This document shows positions 1-11,436 of a stretch of 64,000 bases of DNA, piece by piece (positions within the stretch are counted from its first letter, which is position 1; each line of letters starts with the position of its first letter). A program made the translations under genes and the position numbers. This stretch comes from Podarcis gaigeae (taxonomy: Eukaryota), in NCBI GenBank assembly GCA_964106915.2, contig OZ066919.1; one strand, 5' to 3'. The notes beneath the pieces were generated by a model. It searched no databases. It had not been told where the DNA came from and was given only the letters and a program-made list of their open reading frames with translations.

Positions 1-1
1 C

Positions 2-3
<2 letters not shown>

Positions 4-45
<42 letters not shown>

Positions 46-925
46 TATTATTTATTATTTGTACCCCGCCCATCTGGCTGGGTTTCCCCAGCCACTCTGG
101 GCGCCTTCCAACAAAGATAAAAGATACACTAAAATGTCACATATTAAAAACTTCCCTGAACAGGGCTGCCTTCAGATGTCTTCTGAATGTCAGGTAGATG
201 TTTATCGCTTTGACATCTGATGGGAGGGTGTTCCACAGGGTGGGCGCCACTACCGAGAAGGCCCTCTGCCTGGTTCCCTGTAACTTGGCCTCTCGCAGTG
301 AGGGAACCGCCAGAAGGCCCTCGGAGCTGGACCTCAGTGTCCGGGCAGAACGATGGGGGAGGAGACGCTCCTTCAGGTATACTGGACCGAGGCCGTTTAG
401 GGCTTTAAAGGTCAGCACCAACACTTTGAATTGTGCTCGGAAACGTACTGGGAGCCAATGTAGGTCTTTCAAGACCGGTGTTATATGGTCTCGGCGGCTG
501 CTCCCAGTCACCAGTCTAGCTGCCGCATTCTGGATTAGTTGTAGTTTCCGGGTCACCTTCAAAGGTAGCCCCACGTAGAGCGCATTGCAGTAGTCCAAGC
601 GGGAGATAACCAGAGCATGTACCACTCTGGCGAGACAGTCTGCAGGCAGATAGGGTCTCAGCCTGCGTACCAGATGGAGCTGGTAAACAGCTGCCCTGGA
701 CACAGATTTGATCTGTGCCTCCATGGACAGCTGTGAGTCCAAAATGACTCCCAGGCTGCGCACCTGGTCCTTCAGGGGCAGAGTTACCCCATTCAGGACC
801 AGGGAATCCTCCACACCTGCCCGCCTCCTGTCCCCCAAAAACAGTACTTCTGTCTTGTCAGGATTCAACCTCAATCTGTTAGCTGCCATCCATCCTCCAA
901 CCGCTTCCAGACACTCACACAGGAC
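4..925 (-). mobile_element. 5'-truncated young L2-clade LINE (C-terminal part of ORF2, 3' stem-loop, TTA/TAA microsatellite tail) in an EIF2D intron
   Basis: Uninterrupted ORF 137..889 with L2-type motifs LNPDKTE, SRLDYCNAL, LQLIQNAAARL, HITPVLKDLHWLP, RAFSVVAPTLWN; CpGs retained; 3' hairpin ggctggg-tttc-cccagcc near 76-93; (TAA)n at 4-46. Confidence 0.9.
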
Positions 926-1338
926 CTAAATAAGCCAGTTCTTAAACTCTGAGTTAATAGGTAATTCTGGAGACATCACAGCAGTAGTTTGCATTAATCA
1001 CCCAGGCTGTGGCTAGAATCCTGGTTTCTTAACTGTCAAACATGTTCACTTACAAAGTTATCCCTTGCTAAATCCACATTTTAAAACTGAGCCAAGGTAT
1101 TGTTTGCATCAGCTGTTAGAAACTCACTACTTTACTGTCAAGTCCATAAATACAGAACACTTTTCTAAAATAAATTGCCTTTTCTTGTCAAACTCCATTG
1201 CTACAGTTTAGTTTCTCCTTATTCAGAAAAAGGTGTAATGTTTCTACCATTGCTCCAGTCTTCCACCATTTGAGTCATACTATTACATCACTGCTAGAGA
1301 AGAAACAAGCCCAACGATAATGCCTGCATGGCAAAGCC

Positions 1339-1532
1339 CAGGGGTTGCCAAACCTTTTGGGCCCATAGGCACATTTGCAAAGTGGAAAAGCTTCTGTGGC
1401 ACCACAGCTAAGCTCACACAGCAACCTTCTCTCTTGGGTACAGTAGAATGCTTCCTTCAAGCCTAATGTCAGCAGGCGAAGGATGTGGGTGCCAGGGAAG
1501 GCGTCTGTGGGCATATATGTTGGCAACTCCTG
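1339..1532. mobile_element. hAT-like MITE remnant
   Basis: Terminal inverted repeats caggggttgccaa ... ttggcaactcctg. Confidence 0.55.
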
Positions 1533-3134
1533 GCATAACCGCTTTGACCACTGCAGGCCTAATTAGGACTCTTGTGCCTTTTAAGACGTGCACCATATCA
1601 GGGAAACAATTAGCAAGCAATGCTTTCATTTTCTCTCGACTGCTGCAACAGGGAAGGGCACACCTTTTTGAAACCTCTCCTTGATGCTCACTTGTTGAAG
1701 GCACTGAAGAGTTTTTGGCAATCCCAACCACTTTCCTTCCGTAATTGTTTATCGTATCCAGAGCAACACAGTTCATTACCACTATAGTCACCATTGCCTC
1801 TGGAAGGGCCCACCCACTTGACCTGTGGCTGCATTGTCAGCAGACCTGTAGATACTGAAGTGATAGGAATGGGCAAGGATGCAGAGGAATGGCAAAGGAA
1901 AGGGGAGGAGAATGGGGAGGTGCTTGATGGGACTGGTGGGGCTTACAGGCCCGTCCTGCTCTGTCCCCTTCCTACCCCACACACAAGTCCCACTCCAACT
2001 CCTCTTAAAAATTTGGACTGGCTGTGCTTACCTGTCCTCTCTGCCTGCCGCTGCCCATGCTCGCTTTGCCAGCCTCCCTCCAACTTCCACCAGAAGTGGT
2101 GACGCTCTGGTGGTAATGAAGATGCACTGCAGCCCGTCGTCTCCCTTCTCCTTGGGGACCATGTCTGGGCTCCGCTCCTTGCTGCTGGGCTGCTGGGCTT
2201 CGTTCCCTCGGGGGGGTTCCACACTGTCTCCTCCCCCGCCCATCTATGATGTCACATACACATAGCATTGTGAAGCTCGCATTTTACAGTATCTTTTACA
2301 AGGTCTCATTTGTGTGCCCCCTTGGTAGATTGGACGGCGAGGTTCCTTCTGTTATCTGCTGGAACAGGCAGGGCTGTGCCTTTCCTCTGTCACAATGGGC
2401 ACTTGTGATGTCGAGAAGGCTTGGCAGAGTGTGTGGGGGCGGGTGGGCTTTAGTTTAGGTCTACATAGGAACTTAGCCCAAAGAGACACCTAAGACTTTG
2501 GATCATTTCTCCACGCTTTCTCTCCTCCAGGGATTGGCTTCTTTGGAGGCCAGGTCTAGGGTGCTCTGTTTGGCTTGCTTTAGAATTATTCAGAGAACTT
2601 TCAGAAGGACTGCCATTGTCCCTGGCCAGTATCAGATTGACCTGGGTACGTGCAATGCAATTCCTTGGGGTGGGGAACCTCAGGTCCAGGGGGCCAGATG
2701 CAGCCGCCCACATCTGTCTGTTTAACCCTTGGAATGCTCCCCAAGTCACATCCTCCACTGGTCATGATTCACACTATTTCTTCTTTCCTGGCTGGAATGC
2801 CTCTTGCTTATCTGGATGGAGGATTGAGATGGGTGCACAAGCGTATGTAGCCTACTCTACAAAGGTACAATTTCCACCCACTTTTGCCTCAGACCCCACC
2901 TACCCCTGGGAAGTTGCCTTTGGAAGAAACTGTGGCCCACAAGCTGAAAAACAGTTTCCAACTGCCTTTCCTTTTGCACAATGTACCTGGCACTCCTATT
3001 TCCTTGCATGGCTCCTCTGTGCATATTAGAACACATGCAGAGATACTCACTCTAAGCTATCAGTTATCTTCCTTTGCTGCTAATAAAGTTGGGGTTGTGC
3101 GCTAATTCTCTTCCCTGGGTCTTCCGTGGCTTTA

Positions 3135-3337
3135 TGTATTTATTACATTTATATATCGCCTTTATCTTTCAAGGATCTCAAAGGTTTTCTTCATCCTTCA
3201 CCTGTGAAGTAGCTTAGGCTAAGAGATGGTGACTGACCCAAGGTCACCCAGTGAGCTTCATGGCTGAGTGGGGATTCGAACCCTGCTTTCCCAGTTCCTA
3301 GTCCAACACACTAACCATTATGCCACACTGGCTCTCA
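3135..3337 (-). mobile_element. tRNA-derived SINE (MIR/CORE-like squamate family)
   Basis: Reverse complement gives a tRNA-like head (tggcataatggttag ... ggttcgaatccc) and the tgaccttggg core; same family as 58771-58999. Confidence 0.7.
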
Positions 3338-3695
3338 TGGTGGAAGCCCTGCAGCATAGAGTAGGATGGGAGGCCAGGTCAAGACACCATATTGTGCCAC
3401 AGCATTCCACTATTGAACACTAGGTTGCTGCTGGAGCATATGGCTTCAAGATGATGATCTGTTCTGTGGACCATCTTGAAGCAGAGGCAGAAATGTGCTT
3501 CCACTTTGTGTAAGCAAATGTGTTGAGGGATTTTGCACTGTGTTATTGCAATGAGAGGAATGGTCTTGGGTGCCTATGTCCTAGGAGATGACAAGGACGC
3601 AACACTATACTCATTTGTCTCTCAGTCATGAACGGGAATAGCCGTCATGATGAAATGGTAATAAACTCTGTGAAATATTTTGCTTTGATTTTCAG

Positions 3696-3857
3696 CATTA
3701 GGTCTTTTGTAGTACCTATTGAAATAGCAGCATCTGAATTGTCTGTCCAGGATAGCAGAAGTGGTGATGGAGAACAGCCGTACCACTGTCCTGAAATCAT
3801 ACCACTCTATGGCATCTCATCCAAAATGGCTCCCTTATTCCAAGAGTCTGGATATAA
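3696..3857 (+). CDS. EIF2D: EIF2D internal coding exon (IRSFVVPIEIAASELSVQDSRSGDGEQPYHCPEIIPLYGISSKMAPLFQESGYK)
   Basis: ttcag| acceptor, |gtaagt donor, 162 bp; matches recalled human ITSFV...EQPYHPPDIKPLY...LFQESGHK. Confidence 0.92.
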
Positions 3858-4231
3858 GTAAGTAATATAAGAAAATGAACCACTTGACTTGTTCCCTACG
3901 TTGTTGTTCTTGTTGTTGCTTGCAGAACATGATGGGCCAAGGAAGTCCTTAAAGGGGTGTGTGAGTGTGTAGCAGACTTCAGAGTGAATGGCCGGCCCGG
4001 CAGAAAAATAAATGAATCTAAAAACACAAATGTTTCTGGGTGTTGAGTTCAATAGTTTGGTTTGGTTGGACCATTTCTCCTGTATGGTGGTAGTGGTGTT
4101 CTAAACGAAGGGAACAGCTTCCTTACTGGAGTGTTTCCCCCACTTAAAATAGCCAATTTGCAAAAGCTGATCATTTGCTTTTCCTTCCGAAGTGCAACCT
4201 AGCAAGTAACAAAGATTCAATTTTCCTCCAG

Positions 4232-4321
4232 GAAAGGCGACACCCTGTCCAGCAGTGAAGTGAGAAATGCTGTTATCAACTATGTGAAGCTTAATGAGTT
4301 GGTTGACGAAACAAACAAAAA
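4232..4321 (+). CDS. EIF2D: EIF2D coding exon, SWIB/MDM2-like domain (KGDTLSSSEVRNAVINYVKLNELVDETNK)
   Basis: ccag| and |gtatgt, 90 bp, phase-compatible with neighbours; human KGSFLEGSEVRTIVINYAKKNDLVDADNK. Confidence 0.93.
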
Positions 4322-4657
4322 GTATGTAAAACCCCAAAGCTTGTTTAGTCGGGAGATCGCAACACTACTCTCCTTGCTCTGTACTGATAGCGAGAGATAG
4401 CTGCAGCCATGATTTTGCACAGGAGTTTCCTGTGCTCATGGTTCACCATTACAGCGCTAAGTCAAAACATGTGGGAAATGCTACTAGAAAGGGCAAACAC
4501 TCTTTCCTATCACAAGTCCCTTTATGCCAAGTATGAACACTCAGGTCAGATGGACCATGTCCTGGTCCCTCTCTTATTTACCTCTGCAGTTTAGATGGGC
4601 CCAAGTGCAGGGTTGATTGTGCTCAAATGTATGTCCAACCTCAACAAGTGTTTGTGT

Positions 4658-4661
<4 letters not shown>

Positions 4662-4698
<37 letters not shown>
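4662..4698. repeat. (CA)n microsatellite
   Basis: Read directly. Confidence 0.95.
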
Positions 4699-4699
<1 letters not shown>

Positions 4700-4769
4700 C
4701 CTGTGCAGGTGTATCCCATATATTTTGCCTAATAGAATTTTAAACTAGTGGTCATTTTCCTGATTTATT

Positions 4770-5120
4770 TTGTTATTTATTTCATAGAATGTATACACCA
4801 CTTGATTAAAACTCCCCCACCCCATTCAGGAAAACAATAGTTTAACAAGAAGTTTAAATACTAAAACCAGTTAGGATTCCTATCAACTTTCTAAGCATCT
4901 AGGTAGGCTTGCCTAAACAAGAATGTTTTTTAGCTGGTGCTGAAAAGAACGCAGTGAAGGCACCTGCTTGATATCAATAGGCAGGGAGTTCCAAATTGTA
5001 GGTGCTGCCACTAAACGATCAAGTTCTTACACACATGGAGTGCGTATTATGTGGCATCTGTAGAGTGCCAATTCCGCCAATCGAAGCAGTCGAGAGGGCA
5101 CATGTAGGGTAAGCTAATCT
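4770..5120 (-). mobile_element. Old L2-like LINE 3' fragment
   Basis: ggcagggagttccaaattgtaggtgctgccactaaa reverses to FSGSTYNLELP, a degenerate version of the FSVAAPxLWNSLP region; A-rich tail to the left. Confidence 0.5.
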
Positions 5121-5632
5121 CATGGATAATTTAGGAGTGCCACAAGATTAAAGACATCTTAGTTGATTAATCATATCACTTTTTTTTAGTGATATGATTC
5201 TGTAGGTTGATCTGTTAGCTTAATCATTAAAAGTTTTGATTAGCTAAACAGGTGACCTTTGATTAACTGGGCAAAGAATTTTTAAACATTAAATTATCTT
5301 TAAGAGAGGTACATGGAAAAAAAGAACTTGACAAGCAACATATTCAGACATAATCTACAAGCAAAGATGACATGCTGTTTTATATAACCCCTTCTCAAGT
5401 TTTCAGCAGTCAAGTAAGGTTTTTAGCATCCAACTTACCACATAATAGTGCAAGTGCAGTGTGACTTTTGGAAATCCTTTTTGTACCTTTTAACAACAAA
5501 GTGCTAAAGAGACAAACATGATCTTTATAATCTGTAGAGTGTTACACATTCTTGATGTTGGTGCATTTCCAGTTCAGGTGATGAGTGATCACGCTGAGGA
5601 CAGACTTTTAAATCTGCCTTCCTTTGTTACAG

Positions 5633-5728
5633 CTTTATAAAGGTGGATCCTATCTTGTGTGATTGTCTGTTGGACAAATCTGAGCAGAATGAAATTTCAA
5701 AGCTCACATGGGACAATCTCCTGACCAG
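5633..5728 (+). CDS. EIF2D: EIF2D coding exon (FIKVDPILCDCLLDKSEQNEISKLTWDNLLTR)
   Basis: tacag| and |gtgagg, 96 bp; human LVRLDPILCDCILEKNEQHTVMKLPWDSLLTR. Confidence 0.94.
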
Positions 5729-6939
5729 GTGAGGGGGGAGTGATTCCCACTGCTGCTTCATATACTTGCCTCAGTATTTCCTATAATGCAGGCCACTATG
5801 TATTATGGTATCTTTAATGTTTGCAAAAGGAGGTTAAGCCCAAACCATTCAAAGGTTAAAATTGTCACTAAGGTCTTGTGCTGTGTTGCTTTGTGTTATG
5901 CAAGCGGACTGGAATTTTATGACACAGTAGCCTGATTTGCACATCATGGTAAGCCATAGATTATGGATTACTGCATGCTGTTCAGTGACCCCTTGCCTTT
6001 CTCCACTCACTCTGCAGCCAAGAGAGAAGCATACTGCACAGCTTGGCTTAGTGCTTGGGTGAGGAACATCAGGCATCGGGGCCAAATGTAGCCCTGAGGA
6101 CTCCAGAGCACACCCTCTCTCCTTCAGCCACACCCTTCACTGTTGCTCCATTGCACACTCAAGTGTTTTTGCTTGGCTGGAACATGTCCTTGAATGCTGA
6201 TAGTGCCTTTGGCTTGCGTGGATGCCGAGGGTATGCAAGTGTCTGTATAAACCATGCAAAAATGAAATGTGCACTTATTTCTCTGACTCTGCCCACAATT
6301 GGCCCATGGCCCAGAAGGGAGTGGGCCGCTCAGGTTCCCCCCACACCTTCTGCTTAGTGTTCCATGCGAACCAACACTTGCAGTTTCTCTCCCCAAACAA
6401 ATGACGAGCCACAGACCAAGAACCAACCTTGGCTTCCTAGGGACAGAAGCTAAACCCTGAGTCTTGGTTCACTGGTAATGCTAAGCCTCGCCTCACAGTT
6501 TGTTTTTCCTGGCTCCAGGTGGGTCAGAATAAAGTGGGATCAAGTGAGCAGCTGCTTGCTCTGGTAAGCCATGGTTTATAATTTGCTTCCCATGATGTGC
6601 AGGCATGGCCACCGTAAAAGTAAACACAACAAGCTTGGCTTCTTTGGGGCCTTCTAAAACTCCCCATTCTCTTCTGTTACTTTGAGGATCATAATATTTT
6701 ATTTTTAAAAAGTCTTTGGAATTAGGAGAGGTACAAAGATAATAATGTAACTATGTCTGTCTGGCAGTGTCGTCTGTTAAAAATCACAAAAACCTTTTAA
6801 GACATAATATTGATTGTACTTTATTTCCCAGAATAATCCTGTTACAGAATAGCATCATGTATCACATAGATGAAGGCTGCTAGATGAAGTATAATTAATT
6901 CCTGTCGGTCTCCCTATGGTTGTCTAGTATACAGCCTAC

Positions 6940-7180
6940 ACATGGGATGCAAATCAGCCTCCCATCATTATTAACTTTCAGAGGGAATTTTAAAACCAAC
7001 CTTTCACCCAGGCATTTGATGGCTGAAGAATACTGCTCCTGGCAGTTGTCTATAACAGTTCTTTCTTACATTCTTAAGTTAACTGTAACTGTTTTTAGAA
7101 TGCTTTAAAAAAATGATGGATGTGATTCCCACCCTGGGCTCCATTGGGAAGAATAATTTAAACTCAATAAATAAATAAAA
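6940..7180 (+). mobile_element. Old L2-like LINE 3' end
   Basis: ttcagaggga...ttaaaaccaacctttcacccaggcattt motif, then ccaccctgggctcc and an (AATA)n tail. Confidence 0.45.
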
Positions 7181-7331
7181 CCCTGAGGTGAATAAAGGCA
7201 AGCTGTATCAGATTGAGTCTTTGAATAGATGTTCTTGGTACTTAAGTATAGCAGGAATAGCTAAGCCAGAAAGCTGCCATCCCTCTGTGCTGTCCTGGAT
7301 AAGCTTAATCTTAGCGCTGCTTTTGTGGCAG

Positions 7332-7452
7332 GTGTCTGGATAAACTACAGCCCTTCCATCAGGTGACTTTTTTTGGACATGACCCCATCGTGAGGAAAGG
7401 AAACAATGATCCCATTGATATAAACATAGCACAAAGATCGTGCAATAAAAAG
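7332..7452 (+). CDS. EIF2D: EIF2D coding exon (CLDKLQPFHQVTFFGHDPIVRKGNNDPIDINIAQRSCNKK), start of SUI1 domain
   Basis: ggcag| and |gtaagg, 121 bp; human CLEKLQPAYQVTLPGQEPIVKKGRICPIDITLAQRASNKK. Confidence 0.94.
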
Positions 7453-8109
7453 GTAAGGGCAAGGAGAGAAGTAGTCTTCTGTGGAAACATCCAAACTGTG
7501 CTGCCTTTTTTTTTTATGTCTGCCTTTTGAAATGTTTTATAATACTGCACTATCTTTTGAAAGTTTGTCCACTGAAAACACCATTTCCAGAGCAGTCTCC
7601 TAGCCCTGTTATGCAGAGAGAGGAAAATAAAGAGGCTGAGCCCATGATCCTACTTTTTGGGCATGGAGAGCAGGGAAGGCTGTTTATAACTACCAGAGCT
7701 GCAGTTATTGCCCCAGAAAACAATTGACAACTGGGCTAGCATGTGCCGCCTGTACAGGTGAGCATTCCTGGGCTTAAGTCATAGCCCTACCTCCTCTCTG
7801 AACCCCTGGGTATCAGGTAGGAGGTCCAGATGTTACACTGACACCTTACAATGCCACTGGTGCATGGTTTGTAATTTATTTCAACAACCCGGGGGTGAAG
7901 AGGGCAAGGCGGAGAAGGCCAGATCAGGAGATAAACTGAAGTTCTCTGTTTAGAGCTTATCTGATATCTGTTGGCCCTAGTTCAGAAGGATAGTAGGAAG
8001 CACCTACTGGCAGCTGAGTCTGATATACATTGCACAGAGACTTCTGAAAGTGTGTCACCAATGTGCTACTCCGGGAAGATGGAAGGCACATGTTGTAGAC
8101 CTAAGGGAG

Positions 8110-8312
8110 GAACAATAGCTTGAGTGCAGCACATGTTTCACATGCAAAAAGTCTTAAGGTTCAATCTCTGGCACCTCCAGAGGAGAGGATCAGATAGCAG
8201 GTGATGGGCAAGATCTCCGAGTGAGGTACTAGAGAGCTGCCCACAGTCAGAGTAGATGCTACTGACCTGGATAGAGTAATAGTCTGAAGCGATAGAAGGC
8301 AACTTAATATGA
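8110..8312 (+). mobile_element. Old tRNA-derived SINE
   Basis: tRNA-like head (atagcttgag ... ggttcaatctctggcacctcca) followed by a typical reptile SINE body. Confidence 0.5.
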
Positions 8313-8469
8313 GTGTTGCCCTCATGGATCTGTATCCCTGTTCCAGAGGAGCAGCCAAGCAGGTGCAGTAGAAGCTGCTAAAACAGACTGGGGCAGAGCT
8401 GCATGGAAGTGTACCTGGGTCATTAGCAGCTTTTTGTTCCCTGTGTGTGCATACTAATTACTAATACTA

Positions 8470-8652
8470 ATTTCATTTGTACCTCATCTGACTGGATTGC
8501 CCCAGCCACTCTGGGTGGCTTCCAACAAATATTAAAGCATAATAAAACATCAGACATAAAAAACCTCCCAATACAGGGCTGCCTTCAGAAGTCTTCTAAA
8601 AGGTGTATACTTATTTATCTCCTTGACATCTGATGGGAGGGAGTTCCACAGG
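8470..8652 (-). mobile_element. Short 3' fragment of the L2 family at 4-925
   Basis: Aligns by eye to 60-238 (cccagccactctggg, cagggctgccttcaga, tgacatctgatgggaggg). Confidence 0.8.
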
Positions 8653-8665
8653 AATAATAGTTTTA

Positions 8666-8927
8666 TTATGTATTTTTCGCTCTATAAGACGCACCAGACC
8701 ACAAGACGCACCAAGTTTTTGGAGGAGGAAAACAAGAAAAAAATATTCTGAATCTCAGAAGCCAGAATAGCAAGAGGGATCGCTGCGCAGTGAAAGCAGC
8801 AATCCCTCTTGCTGTTCTGGCTTCTGTGATAGCTGCGCAGCCGGCTTCCACTCCATAAGACGCACACACATTTCCCCTTACTTTTTAGGAGGGAAAAAGT
8901 GAGTCTTATAGAGCAAAAAATATGGTA
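8666..8927. mobile_element. Tc1/mariner (pogo/Tigger-like) MITE with internal hairpin
   Basis: TIRs gtatttttcgctctataagac / gtcttatagagcaaaaaatatggta; internal inverted repeat cagaagccagaatagcaagagggat / atccctcttgctgttctggcttctg. Confidence 0.8.
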
Positions 8928-9837
8928 ATTGTGTGTGTGTAGACCTGAACTAATTGCAGCTCACAGATGCAGCGTTATGGCTTGAAGGTGGTGGTCCAGG
9001 GTGTTGATGGTATCCGACATGCTTGGGTGCAAGACCCTAGGAATAAACCAACCCAATACAAAGTTGTCAATTTTTTCAGGTAGAGATGATTAATTCAGCC
9101 CAGTACTATACATGATTCAGCCAGGGGTTGGGAGTCAGAAGAGGTGCAATGGGCCCTTGCACTGTTTTAACATTGGCATTTCTTTTGCCTTTCTCTGAAG
9201 GAATGCAAAGTAGTTTTCATTTATATTAGTGTTTCAAAACGTAGTCAGCTGGTGGTGCTGTCTTCAAACCCCAGGGGCAGAAGCTAGCATGCCTTTGGGT
9301 AAGGAAGTCCTGAAGTAGCCTCAGAGAAGGGTTGGTTGGTTGGTTGTGGGGTGGTCTCCATAGGAGCTTCCTGGCCTGGGCCTTTTGCTTTTGCCCTAAT
9401 GGGTGATGTGTGAATCTGACCAGGCCACTGGCTAGCATTTATCCCCACCCCCAGCTTTCCTAATTAACATCCCTTCCTCCTAAGCTCCTAGGGCAAAACA
9501 TTAAGATTTGGTCTGTTGCTACACTGTTTCCCCACCACCACCAACCAGGATGAACCTTGATAGTGTTACCCCAGTGCTTCAGTTAGTCGCTTGCTTTTAT
9601 GTATGCCTTTCACTTAAATCACATAGGTTGTGCAATATGCTTGCTGTCAAACATGCACTGCTTCTATTCATTTCCAAGCATAGGTATTATTAATATGCAC
9701 AGGCCAAGGCCCTATGAAAATAACTTTGCTGATACCACATAGCCTGTAAGAATGTACGAAAGTAAAATTGCACACTAATGATTGAGCATTGTATATTAGT
9801 GCAACCAAGTAATACCATCTTTCCTTTCGGTTGGCAG

Positions 9838-10012
9838 GTAACCATAATTAAGAATCTTGAGCTGTATGGGCTAGACCCACAGGCTGTTGCCAACTTTCTC
9901 CAGCTAAAAGTTCAGGCGAGTGCCACTGTCACCACACTTCCGGGGGCAAAGGACAGAGCCCAGGTCCAGGTCCAAGGCAATCAGATCCACCACCTTGCTA
10001 AGCTGCTGGTGG
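9838..10012 (+). CDS. EIF2D: EIF2D penultimate exon, SUI1 domain (VTIIKNLELYGLDPQAVANFLQLKVQASATVTTLPGAKDRAQVQVQGNQIHHLAKLLV)
   Basis: ggcag| and |gtaagt, 175 bp; human VTVVRNLEAYGLDPYSVAAILQQRCQASTTVNPAPGAKDSLQVQIQGNQVHHL. Confidence 0.96.
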
Positions 10013-10606
10013 GTAAGTATCTTTAGCAGGGGTAGGGAACCTGCCAGGGCAACACACCAGTGGTGGGTGGAGTCAGAGGAAGAGCAATGCACATTAGGCT
10101 ATATTCCAGCAATGCAAAAGCCAGATGTTGGGACATGTGCATGCACACACACACGGTCTCCATTCAGGCTCAGAAGAGGCGTCATCACAAGGTGACATAC
10201 CAGCCAGGCAAAGCACTGATGGAAGGTGTAGCTTAGGGGAAGGGCTAAGGCCCAGCATGCAAAGTCTGGCTGCCAGGCCTGAAGTTCTCCACCCCTAATC
10301 CATGGCAAACTCATAACCTCATTTATTATGTTTTGAAGGTTTAGTCACTTATTAGATTAACAGTGCCATCCTAGGAATATCTTCCCAGGAGCATATCCTA
10401 TTGAATTCAATAGTGCTTTACTTGCAGCCTAAATTGATTTTACAATATTCTGATCAGTTTCTAAGATGTGCTCTTCTGAGGAGGAGGCTGTTGGAAAACA
10501 GTTATACATAAACTAAAAAGCAAAGTGCTATTTTCCCTTCAGAGTTATTTTATTCATGTGTAACCTTATGCAGATTGAATTCAGTGGCTAATTAGGGCTG
10601 CCACAT

Positions 10607-10702
10607 TACCGTATTTACACAGATTTAATGCACCATCAAATCTAATTTTCATGACGTAATTTGTCCAAAAATGGTGTGCATTACATTCGAGTAAATACAG
10701 CA
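10607..10702. mobile_element. Very short Tc1/mariner-type MITE
   Basis: taccgtatttac ... gtaaatacagca TIRs about 96 bp apart. Confidence 0.55.
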
Positions 10703-10882
10703 AGTGCAATGTCTTCCTATGTATATTTATTCATAATTAAAAATGTACTCCTGTGCATTTTTAATTAAGTAAGGCGAGTGCTTTAGAATTTTCAGAGCAC
10801 ATTACTCTTTTAGTAAGAGTCCTATTGTGTTAAGCTTTTGAGCTCTCAAATACAGATTGATTACATGTTGACTTTGTTCCAG

Positions 10883-10953
10883 AGGACTACCAGATACCTC
10901 GCAAATACATCAAGGGTCTTGAGATGGCACCAAAGATGGGCCGGAAGAAGTAG
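10883..10953 (+). CDS. EIF2D: EIF2D last coding exon (EDYQIPRKYIKGLEMAPKMGRKK*)
   Basis: ttccag| acceptor, phase matches previous exon, TAG at 10951-10953; human EYQLPRKHIQGLEKALKPGKKK*. Confidence 0.95.
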
Positions 10954-11054
10954 CCAGGTATGAAGATCAAAGTCAGAACTTTGTTATTTATAAATATTTT
11001 ATTAAGATAAATGACTAATTCAGCTGCCTTACCTATAAAATAATGGAATTTATA

Positions 11055-11060
11055 AATAAA
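11055..11060 (+). terminator. EIF2D: Candidate EIF2D polyadenylation signal AATAAA
   Basis: First AATAAA I found downstream of the stop codon, about 100 nt after it. Confidence 0.55.
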
Positions 11061-11430
11061 ACTTTTCCCAATAACCTTTGCTGGACTATCTCCATAGCTT
11101 GTTGTGGAACACCTCAGCATGTTTGCTGAGCACTGTTCTAGTGCCAATAGGTCCAAATGTAAACTACTGGGTATCCACTGAAGATTGTGGGGTTGGTTTT
11201 CTTTTTCTTTTTTACAGGACTCAAAAGAATAGTGAGGTACAGTTTCTACCCCTCCCATGATTGTGGATTTTGTTCTCTCCCTCAGCAACCCTCCCCAAAC
11301 GCTTTTACCTGCTTAAACCGAGGTACCACTGTAGTAGCCTTCTTTGTTTACACACTGCAGTACCACCGCATACCACAGGAGGGCATGAAGAACACAAACC
11401 AACTCAACTCCTTGCTTCATCAGAGGCTGT

Positions 11431-11436
11431 TTTATT
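11431..11436 (-). terminator. RASSF5: Candidate RASSF5 polyadenylation signal AATAAA (3' UTR about 2.1 kb)
   Basis: tttatt on +, at the end of a repeat-poor, U-rich (on -) stretch following the RASSF5 stop. Confidence 0.45.

Noticed and set aside
198-578. 126-aa + strand ORF and other ORFs overlapping 137-929
   Set aside because: Antisense shadows of the L2 ORF2.
926-3690. Searched for the preceding EIF2D exon (LSKFLQ...VDWKHP); overlapping ORFs at 1794-2268
   Set aside because: No such exon recognised, so it is presumed left of the window; the ORFs are GC-rich with no recognisable homology.
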